A DNA stretch of 64,000 nt from Cycas panzhihuaensis (taxonomy: Eukaryota > Plantae > Cycadophyta). The stretch spans positions 220,665,741 to 220,729,740 of the forward strand of contig CM041465.1 in assembly GCA_023213395.1 (NCBI GenBank). The letters run 5' to 3'. The position numbers and the translations under genes are program-made. The notes under the pieces are model-generated. The model was not told where the DNA came from, ran no database searches, and saw only the letters and a program-made list of their open reading frames with translations. Within the stretch, counting starts at the first letter, position 1. Each line of letters starts with the position of its first letter. Shown here one piece after another: positions 1 through 10,462 of the stretch.

Positions 1-3000
1 GCTATAGATCAACACCTCTCTCCATTGAGGTGCTAAGAACCAACTTACTGCCTCACCCTCCCAAGGTTCCCAAATTCGATGGGACCTCATCATAAGACCC
101 AACAGACCATGTTTATAGCTTCTCTATAGTATGCATCAATTACTGGGCCTATGACCATATCCTTATGAAACTCTTCCCACGATCCCTCCAAGGTGATGTC
201 CTTAAGTGGTTCTATCGCTTGCTAGCGCATTCTATCTTTTCATTCCAACAATGCGTGGATGAATTTGTCAACTATTTTGATGTAGCCTATCCTTTCAAGA
301 GATTAATCAAAGCCCTCTTATCTCTCAAACAAGGTCACAATGAGATGAATCATGACTTTATGAGATACTTCCATGAACTTCTTCACTACACAAAGGCAAC
401 TGTACCTAAGGAGTTGAAGAGGGACCTCTTAGTCAACGCCATGCATCCTAAAGTTTATGTTAAAGTCCTTAAAATGGGGGCAACAACGTGTGACTCTGCC
501 ATAGCCAAGTGCTTGGCGCTTGAGGCAATTGAGATCCAAGTTGGTCTCAAGAAGCCTCTCAAGCCCTCACAACGACATGAGGCATATCCACCACCCCGAG
601 AGACTAAAATCTAATAGCCTGCCAAGTCTTCTTCCTATCCGACTGAGAAGACTTTAGATCCTCTCACTTCCACCATATGTTCATTCGAACATACCATTAA
701 GGAGCTCAAACTCCAAGCCCCTTCATCCCCTACCTCACATAAACCAATTCACTAAGCTTCTCAAGCTGCTCCCTTAAAGGGTGGCAACACTCAATCTTCT
801 CAAGTGAGGAAGCCCGATTCCTCTCCAGAGAAGAAATGGTATTCTATCCATGGGGAATGTTTCCATGAAGATTCACAATGCTGGGCCCAACACCCAAGAG
901 CCACCCCATAATATGATTCTTCTCCCAAATGGGCATCTAAGCCCAACTTAGACTAGCCAATCCATAAGGATCATTTTCCCAAGCATGGGGAATGTGATCG
1001 TAACAACCATAAAAAAGGTAACTGAAATAGAGGAAGATCTCCAAACCCTCACCCTTCTCAAACCAAGGGGAAGGGTGTAAGAAATTCATCCTCTTCCTCT
1101 AGTTTTCCTTACTGTCACACGCCCTCACCTTCTCGATCTTAGAACAAGGGAAAGAAGGTCATCCAAATGCTTGAGACCACACCATTATACACCCTAACTT
1201 GGTCTCAAGTAGCTAAAGAGGCAAACGATGCCTCTTCTTCCACACCTCACCTCAATTTCTTTCTGGAAGTCTCTCTTCCAGAAGTCCCTGCACTCCTCAA
1301 GATCATTCCCATGTGCCCTAATAGTTACGACTTTCAAAGAGATCTTCTCCAACCTACCACGAAGGGGAAGCTCTTCTCCGTTGTCGATGAGCTTCATACT
1401 ATGGCCGCGGGGATGTCCATAATTGATGTCTTGAGAAGTTACCCTAAACAATGAACACTCCTCTTGGAAGCCTTGGAATTGGGTGATGCATCTACTCACG
1501 CCTTGGGTATCGTCTCAAGTCACGAACCCATCATCTCTTTCAATCTTAAGGACCTTTCCCCAACTGGTGAAAGGAAATGCCAATGGCACTACCCCTTTGC
1601 CATAACTATTGACACTCCTGATTGCACTCTCTGAATAACCATTGTGGACAGTGGTTCTTCTGTCAATGCCATGCCCTTATGTGTCATGCAAGAGCTTGAC
1701 ATATCAGCCTTGGAGCTGGTTCCATGGTAGTTCTAAGGCTATGATGGTAGCGAAAAGACACCCTTAGGATTGGTGTCCATCCCTCTCACTTTCAAGGACA
1801 AGATTATCCTCACTAATATTATAGTTCTTCACGTCAACGTTGATTATAACATTTTGTTGGGATGCCCATGGATCAACCAAATGGGAGCCATGTGCTTGTC
1901 CTAATGGGGACAACTTAAATTCGTCCATGAGGAGTGAATGAGGGTTATCTCCTGAGAGCCTCCTCCCACCAAGCAATCTCACCAACCCTATCAAATGAAT
2001 TGCAATAAGGCTAAGGGCGATAAGGGCCCTTCCGCTTGTTCCATTAACATCCTTGATTCATCCCCTTCAGAAGAAGGTCTTTCATCTTCTTCCTCCAATC
2101 TTATATGCTTCGCCCCTATTGGTGTACGGAGCTATGGGTACCTCGCCGTCCTTAGTGATGATGAGTCTAATAGGGAGGATGAGGACCTTCCTCATCCAAT
2201 ATCCCTCTTAAATACTAGTAGAGAGGGCTCTCTTTGTTTCAGGTCCCCACCTAAAACCCCTTCCTTAGAGGAAACCCATTTCCCTCTTAGGTCACATGTT
2301 CTTGCTCCTACCTACCATTCAACCCTTAGCATCACCTTTTCTTCCACCTTATCACCTCTCCTTAGCAATGAGGTGGAGCAATCTCTCATTATCCTCCATG
2401 AGGGGTCTCTTTCTGACTCTTTCAAAGAGTCTCCCAAGTATGTGGAGTGGTGGATATACCACTATAGCCTTGACACTCCTTCCACTTCACACTCCTCATA
2501 TTCTTGAAGTGTGGTTATCCATCGGATAGACTATTTCGAGGATGACGAGGCCTTGCTTGAGTACCTAACAAGCTCCTCATCTAATTTCCCTTTTAGTCAC
2601 CATAGGCTTAGTCACTAGAAGATCTTAGCCATTGGATCATCTCTCGTCGACCCAAATCCATCTCCTATTCTGCCCCCTTCTGTTGACCGAGCCCCCCTTC
2701 ACTTTAAGGAAGGGAATGCCATGTACATGGGGGCAACAAAAGACATAGTCATTGCCCCAGGCAAGGTCATAAAGGTGGGAGAAGAATGTTCTCTTGATGA
2801 AATGAAGGAATACACCGTTATGTTCTAGGAATTCTAAGATGTCTTCACATGGGACTACTTTGATATGAAGGGAATAGACCCTTCTATCATTACCCACAAT
2901 CTTACCACCATTCTGGGTGCTCACCCCATGTGTAAAAAATAATACCCTCTTCATCCTAAACTTTCAGCTGCTGTCAAAATGGAAGTTGAAAAACTTCTAA

Positions 3001-5526
3001 ACCTAGGGTTAGTCACTTCTATCGACTACCCCAAGTGGGTATCCAACATTGTCTCGGTTACAAAAAAGAATAGGATAATTAGGATATGCATTGATTTCTG
3101 AGACATCAACAATGTGTGTCCTACGGATAACTTTCCACTCTACTTCATCGTTTAAATCATCGATTGAACTGTCAATTTTGAAGTCATGTCCTTAATGGAT
3201 AGCTTCTCAGGCTATAACCAAATAAAAATTTCTCTCGAAGATCACCATAAGATAGCCTTCACTACCCCTTGGGGCACCTTCGCCTATAAGGCGATGTCCT
3301 TTGGGCTAAAGAATACAGGCACGACCTATCAAAAGGTAATGTAATTCATCTTTCATAACTTTATCAACAAAACCTTAGAGGTTTTCATGGATGATATGAT
3401 GGGTCTCTCACGTATTAGGGCCCACCATCCTTCCGATTTGTGAGCCATCTTCACATGATGTCACAAATACCATGTAAGCCTAAACCCTCTCAAATGCATG
3501 TTTGCCATAATCACTGGCAAACTCCTCAGGTTCCTTGTCTCAAAACAATGGATCCAAATCAACCCTACAAAGTTAAGGCCATCCTTGACATATTACCTCA
3601 TAAAACCCAACAACAGATCAAATTGTTCTTGGGTAGGCTTGGGTTTCTTAGGCATTTCTTGTCGAAATTTGCTATAAACACCAAACCCCTTACTAATCTA
3701 TTAAAGAAAGGGGCCCCATTTGTTTGGTCTTTAAAGGCCAATCAAGCCTTTGAAGAGCTCAAGGAAGCCCTCGCTTCCACCCAAACATTAGCCTCCTCTC
3801 TCTTTGACAAATCATTCATTCTCTACACTTTCGCTATCGATGAGTCCTTGGGTGTTATGTTTACCCAAGAAGATGATTCAGGAATCAAAAGGGCCATCTA
3901 TTTTATCAACCACACTGTCGTGGCTACTGAACTTAATTACTCACCTACCGAGAAGGAGTGCCTCTCCTTGGTGCATACTACCAAGAAGTTTAAGTACTAC
4001 TTGCTCAAGAATAATACTTGGGTGATCGTCCAATCCAATCCCCTAAGATACTTGTTGAGCCGATCTGACCTGATAGGTAGAAGTGGCAAGTGGGCCATCC
4101 TCCTTTAGGAGTTTGATCTCTGAATCATCAATAAGAAATCAAAGAAAGGGATGGTGGTGGCCGAGCAACTTGCTGACACATCCATCTTAAACCCTTCTGG
4201 TACTCCTATCAACGATTCCTTGCCTGATGAGCCTATTTTTGCCATTCAAGATTCTCCTTCTCATCCACTTACTGATAGTGAGTGGTATGGGGACATTGTA
4301 CAATACCTCGTTGAGAAGCAATATCATCCTGAAGCCAGTAACAAGGTTAGGTCATGTATTCAGGCTACTACCAGGTAATACTTTCTCGTGGGAGAGATAT
4401 TATGCAAGAGATCTTTCGACGGGATCCTTCTTCACTGCATCAACCCCAATGAAGCAGACCAAATACTTAGTGAATGCCACAATGGCATCTACGGGGGTCA
4501 TTTTGGGGGCTAATCTATGGCCTAATAGATCCTTTGCATGGGGTACTATTGGCCATCCCTGTTCAAGGATGCCCACGCATATGCCTTGAGATGTCGGTGG
4601 TGCTAAGAGCATGCCAATATCACCCACTTGCCTTCTGAGGCCCTTCATCTTGTCATATCTCTGTGGCCCTTCTCCCAATGGGGGTTGGACCTTATCGGAG
4701 CCATATCCCCACCTTCTTTGTCGTAGCATAAGTTCATCTTCACTGTGACAAAGTACTTCACTAGATAGGCTGAAGCGGTCCCTTTGTCTTCAACTTCTGG
4801 CAAGATAATAACCACCTTCGTCTACCAACACATCATCTATCATTTTGGAGTCCCTGACGTCTTGATCACAGACAACGATACCTCTTTCTATAATAAAGAG
4901 ATGGACAAACTTTGTGAGAAGTTTAGAATTTCTCATAAAACCTCCTCCCCTTATTACCCTTAGGCCAATGGCTAAGTGGAGTCATTTAACAAACCCTCAT
5001 AAATATTTTGATAAAGACCATCATCCAATCTCAAAAAGATTGGCACCTCCAACTCCCTTCTAACCTATGGGCATATCGTACATCTATCTGCATGGCTATG
5101 GGAATGACCCCTTTCTCGCTAGTGTATGGATCAGAGGCGGTTCTCCCATTGGAGGTCGATATCCCTTCCTTATAAGTTTCCCTTTGAGGTCTTGTCGATG
5201 AGAAGTCTTTCTATTATGCTCACCTCCTAGACCTCCAGGCCTTAGACGAGAGGCACCTAGTTGCATACCAAGCGTATCTCGTTTCTAAGGCTAAGGTGCG
5301 AAGGACTTATAATAACCACCTTCGCCCTTTCCCTTTGCATCTCAAGGACCATGTCCTCAAATTAGAATATATCCATGATCGCTTATCCAAATTCAAACCC
5401 AAATGGGTTGGCTCCTTCGTCGTTCTCGAGAGCCTCGATAATGGTGCTTATAAGATTGCAACCTTAGAAGGTTTTGAATTCGAGAAAGTCATTAATGGAA
5501 AGTTCCTAAAGAAATTTTACGTGTGA
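1..5526 (+). pseudogene. gag-pol polyprotein with many stops and frameshifts
   Basis: Retrotransposon gag (KLFPRSLQGDVLKWFY, 165-614); Tat-like knuckle relic KKWYSIHGECFHEDSQC (~830-885); protease IVDSGSSVNAMP (~1640) and LLGCPW; RT with FMDD (~3385); RNase H YSPTEKECL; integrase HECH..GGHFG and WPFSQWGLDLIG; C-terminal KFKPKWVGSF..NGKFLKKFYV* ending 5526. Confidence 0.95.
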
Positions 5527-5575
5527 CGATCCCTATCCCTGCATAGATTAGGCACACCTCTCTCTTTCTTTGGTC

Positions 5576-5651
5576 TGAAATGAGCCTAAACTATCACCCT
5601 AAGTGTGTCCCCATTACCCCTAATCATAGGTGGAATGGCGGTTTAGGGTGA
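5576..5651 (+). promoter_or_regulatory. conserved post-pol motif plus stem-loop (candidate cis-acting RNA element)
   Basis: TGAAATGAGCCTAAACTA (5576-5593) is identical in copy 2 (28443-28460, minus strand). It is followed by a 9-bp stem, TCACCCTAA 5594-5602 with TTAGGGTGA 5643-5651. Confidence 0.55.
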
Positions 5652-6189
5652 CCTACTCGTTCCTTTTCGGTTCCTCCTATGGGGCCTCTTATTCCTATTT
5701 CCCTAGGGGCCTTGCCTTCCTAATTAGGTGTATTTTCCCTATCACTCATGAGCCTAGAAACACTCCCTAACTAGGATGGCATGCTTGAGTATCGTTACTC
5801 CCTTTACTGTTGGCGCTTCCTTTGCATACTCCGCTATGCTCCTACGATGGACATATATGGCCCCTTATCTCCTAACCCCGCATACACCTATCGCTGATGC
5901 TCATGGTGATCATGTATTACCACTAAGAGTGTGGCCCTGCATGGAATGAAGTGTGTACAACTCAAACAATCCTATAACACAAATCATATAGCAAGTAATC
6001 AAAACCATCATGATCCATGACTCGTCGTGCACCTGTGTACTCATACCCATATACACACAAACATATATACAAAACATAACATCATCATACATCATCCAAT
6101 ATCATCACACTATCATGCACCAGATGGGATTCTAATGGCCCTATCTATATACATAAAAAATTATAATGTGTCATATCATATAGATGGTA

Positions 6190-8270
6190 TGGTACATCAT
6201 CCATAGGAAGCTAGATCCTTACAGGGAGGAGTATAATCATGTGGTGACATATGGTGACTCACCGTAGGTCCAGTGCTTTCCCAATCAAAACTAAATACAC
6301 CATGCTCTCTAGCACTCCTGTCCTCATGGCATGTTGCCTCCTGGTCGATGTGATCCCTCTCCAGGGGGCTACATCCCTCCTAAGCTCCTCCTACACCTCT
6401 GGGAGCTCCCTGCCTTGCTCCCCTCATCTCGAGGCCTCCTTGGGGTCATCGCCATAGTATGGGTCTGCATCCTGCTGTATAACAACCTTGCTGCAATTTG
6501 ATTCATGAGCTAATCGTATCATGCCTGGGTACGATCCCTCTCTCCCTCCACTCCATGGAGCCTCTCCTCCATCCCTTAGAGCCTCTCCTCCATCTCTCAG
6601 AGTTTCTCCTCCAGCATGACCACTCTAATATGACTCTCTGCATCCCTACCTACTCCTCCCTAAGCCTCCAGCACCTGAACCCAATCTCATAGGGTATCTC
6701 TCTTTGTGCAGGTCCCATCTAGCTCTCCCTATAACTGCCTGACTCTTGTCTGATGCTCATGGAACTCTATTATCCACATGTCTCTAGCCTTGACTAGTGG
6801 GGTAAATCCTATTGTATAAGCCCATGTCGATCGTGGCTCCTTTCCTGCCTAGATGGGAGGTTGCCCCTCCGCATAGGCCTGGGGGAACATCTCCCAGACT
6901 ACCACCTCAACTAACCTCCCCATCTCTGCTGCTCCTACTAAGTCAAATACACCATATGTCAGTATATACATCTATATATGTATACCAAATAAACCAAATC
7001 AAAACAAAGCATCTAGATACCTGGTGGTCAAAAGATAATAGGAAAGGTAGTGTCTCACCTCCTAGGACTGTTGGTTCCTCAACTCAGATGACCACCTCCT
7101 CCTCGAGTCTGCCCTTGACTGTTGGTACCCCCTCCTCCTCAAATACCACCTCGCATATCTCCTACCCTATCGGGGCACCTCCACCCTCCTTAGTTATCCC
7201 TGTTGCCACTGCTCAAGTTCTCCCTACCACCCTCAGTCTCTTGACTGGTGTGTGGGGTGGCCTACCTCTCCCTGCAAATCTTGATGGACCCGACTCTCTT
7301 CTTGCAACTCCTGAAGGCCCTGCCTCTCTTCTTGTAGTCCCTGGTAGACCTGCCTCATCACCTGTTGCTCCTAACAGGCCTACCCCATCACCTCCATCAC
7401 CGCCATCATCATCGTCACCACCTTTAGGGGTACCTCTTGCCCCTTCTGCCTTGTCATCACTATCCTATCTCACCCCTCTGTATGGATCTTCCATATAGTC
7501 TTCCATGGTAAGAAGGTCTAGTGACATTGCCTCTACCGATCTTTACACATGAGCCTGATCCTCGGTCCCCCTAAATCAAGTCTACCACCTGTGGACCATG
7601 GGAGCCCACATTGAGATAAGATGTGGTCCTCTTGCCAGTGCCACCACTCCAAAGTGATAAAAAAAACTAGCACTATAGTAGTGTACTATAAGAGAAACCT
7701 CCTCTCCCTATCACTTTGATGGTGTCTAGCTAGGTGATTATGTTCACTGCTATTAAGGTGGCCTAATCCATCCTCTACCCGGCCTCACATCTCCTCATTG
7801 TATCCTTCCAGCCACTGGGAATATCTCTATAGTTCTGTTTTTGGAAGATCTGGAATAGAATACCCAGTGTGATCAATTTCCTCACCCAAGGAATGCATGA
7901 CATGACCATGCTTTGCACTAGTATCCCATGCCTCTTCCACCTATCCCGGCATGTGAAGAACATGGTCGCTTCCCTGTGCATAGTATTGTTACTAGATAAT
8001 GCCCCTAACGATGTTGGTGCTCCTCTCACTGGTACTCCCAAGATCCTTTATATGTCCCCCGATGTGATGGTGACATCCCCAACTTGGGGGAGGTGGAATA
8101 CATGTTGCCTATGATCCCAATGGGCAATGATGTCAACCAAGAGACACTGGTCCAAAGTGTACTGTGGCATCTTGATGACCTTCAGTAAACTGCATCTCCT
8201 TAGAATCCGCCTGTCCCCCCAAGTTAGCATCTCGATGAAGCTCATCATAGCCACTCTAATGTTTTGCAAT
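6190..8270 (-). pseudogene. antisense extra gene: Plant Mobile Domain (PMD, MAIN/MAIL-like), low-complexity linker, coiled-coil exon
   Basis: IIAHWDHRQHVFHLPQVGDVTITSGDI*RILGVPVRGAP matches the PMD W..ETHTFHLP.GE.TITL.DV..LLGLP..G block. An acidic/Ala-Gly linker follows at 7500-7021. After an intron comes heptad-like VVMLEEKL*EMEERL*GMEERLHGVEGERDR. Ends are approximate. Confidence 0.85.
6935..7020 (-). other. spliceosomal intron in the antisense PMD gene
   Basis: CAG|GTATCT donor at 7020, T-rich body, TACTGAC branch point (6964-6958), TTAGTAG|GAG acceptor. Branch point (19755-19761) and TAG|GAG (19780-19782) are conserved in copy 2. Confidence 0.7.
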
Positions 8271-8940
8271 TATCCACCATGATAACTGCCTGCCAAGCAC
8301 CCAAAAACTAGTTAGAATACCTTTGTGACCATCTACCTACCCTCAAGTTGCCTCTCCCCTTCTCCAGACTGGGTTTGGCATCCCTTTGGGTCATTTTTCT
8401 CTTATTTTCTACTTACAGGTCTCTACCCCGTGCCAAACATTGTGATATCGCAGAGTTAGGCAGGGGCCCCACTAAGTTTTCAGTGCAATCTCAGTGGCCC
8501 CATGGCAAATTTCACAATACTATAATCTTTACTACGGGGCTAGTCACACCCCCCTAAAAGGGGGGGGTTATGCCCAAAAATCCTAAAAATTTTACCTGGG
8601 TGAGCCACACTCAAGCCCACCAGGACCAGGGCTACCTAATGCCCTGGTCCTCCCTCTCTCTAGGCCCAAATCAAGCTCTAGAAAATCTCAATTCGCCCTT
8701 AAGGGACCAAAAATCACCTAATAAAAACATAAAAACACATCAACTTTAATTGACAAAATGGAAAGTGTAGGGGTTGATCCACTCACTAGATCTAGCTTGG
8801 TCACTTCCATCTCATCTCCTGGGTCCTAACGGTTATCTCCTCACCTCAATCCAATGGCCCGATCTCCCTCTACATGCCTTTGAAATTGGGCGACACTTTG
8901 CTACATAAGGAAATAGGCTACAGATTGATCGTGAACCTGT

Positions 8941-8980
8941 GAAAATGAATCCTGTTTTCACCAAATTTTCCTTATATAGG
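8941..8980 (-). promoter_or_regulatory. internal antisense core promoter (TATA plus Inr-like)
   Basis: CCTATATAAG with ATTCATTTTC about 32 nt downstream. The homologous site in copy 2 has GTATAAAAG..ATTCACTTTC. Confidence 0.6.
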
Positions 8981-9547
8981 CAAGGGCCCCGATGAGCACC
9001 TCCTCCTTTTCTCATGCTGTGATAGGCCTTGGGATCGTCTCTCTCCCCTTGTTACCTTTGCCTTCTAGGTCCATCTCCCATTTTGCCTCTATGGCCCTCT
9101 TTTCTTCTCACCCTTTCGGCGCATTCATGACATCCCCTTCAGTCTTGCAAGGCCCCTTCTACCTTGATTTTTGTACCATCTCTAAATATACCCATGTTTA
9201 TACTTATTTAGTTCATTTCATCATCCTAAATCTAGTTTCATTGCATGTTCATGCCTCTAGGGCTCCCAAGGGAAGTGTCCTCCCCATCTAAGATCGCACC
9301 TCGCTTCCTTCAGTGACCTTTGGGACCCTAAAGGGGCCTTTTCGCTACCATTTCCTTCCCGTCTGATGGGTCAGTCTCCTTGTCCCTAGGTAGCCTCATC
9401 CTTAGGTCCTCTTGCCCTTTATGACCTCTATTGATAGCCACTTGAGTCCCTCATGACTGTTTCACCTCGTTGAGTCCTTCTCGCTCATCGACCCTGCCAA
9501 CACTCTTTTTCCTCGTTTGTCGTATCGAGATCTCTATTCCTTCTATC

Positions 9548-9970
9548 ATGACATTACTCATCTTCATCGATGGTGGAAGTCACAGCATGCCAGGCCCTTC
9601 TGCTACTATGTGGATCCTTTGTGACTCCTTTGGGTATGACTACATGTGTTCTAAAGTCTTCCTCCCTGAGACCACCAATAACAAAGCTGAATACACAGTT
9701 GTTATTGAGGCTCTTATTGATGTGCTCTACTTCCATCATGGACTCATCATCCTCTTTTGTGACTCTCAGGTTGTGGTGTCCCATCTTACCCAGGTCTACC
9801 AGGTGTGTTGCCCATACTTGAGGGCCCTCACCTTGATTGCTAGGTCTCTTTTGACATGCTTCTCTTCCATCGATATCTGACACATCCCTTGGGATTGTAA
9901 TGTTGAGGCAGACAACCTTGTTCATCTCATCCTTGTGCGTCGCCTACCTCTCCTCGGTGACCCCCCTTAA
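9548..9970 (+). pseudogene. stand-alone additional (archaeal-type) RNase H, aRH
   Basis: ATG 9548 to TAA 9970, 140 codons, one internal TGA (9878-9880). Motifs FIDGGS, TNNKAEY, FCDSQ and HIP..NVEAD retain the D-E-D-D acidic residues. Confidence 0.9.
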
Positions 9971-10462
9971 GAAACTTGTCTAGTCACTCAAGTGCCTAAG
10001 TCTCAAGTCATCCGTTCCTTCATATTATAATCCATTCGCACCTCTGAAAGCTGGCCACTAATGAGGTTTAACTATGATGACCACCAGGTTTGTTTTCTTC
10101 ACACTATTACTTGTGTTGCTTCTAGTACATAACCTCTGTTACTCTAGCTCTCCCATGTACATAATTTTCATAGCATTTGTTTGACTATAGTCATGATTAC
10201 TACCATTAGTTGCTTCATATTTATACGATGGAGGGCATCCACACTCATCTCTTTCACTACCTGTTGACACTAAGGTGACATATAAGTAGCCCCTACATCA
10301 CCTCTCCCTCATCTCCTTATCCACGTGTCCCACCACGACACTCGTCGTCATTCTTGGCTCATACCACTATTATATTTGTTATATATATGTGTATATTATT
10401 GATATTTTTGTTGCCAGCATTCGCCATTACGTTACGCTTCTAAGCAGCGAGGCTCTGTTGTT

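Noticed and set aside
6812-7498. 228-aa Pro/Ser-rich ORF on the plus strand, and the similar 19359-19640 ORF
   Set aside because: Shadow frame of the low-complexity linker of the antisense PMD gene.
8549-8567. C6-TAAAA-G8 hairpin
   Set aside because: A homopolymer stem that I could not find in copy 2.
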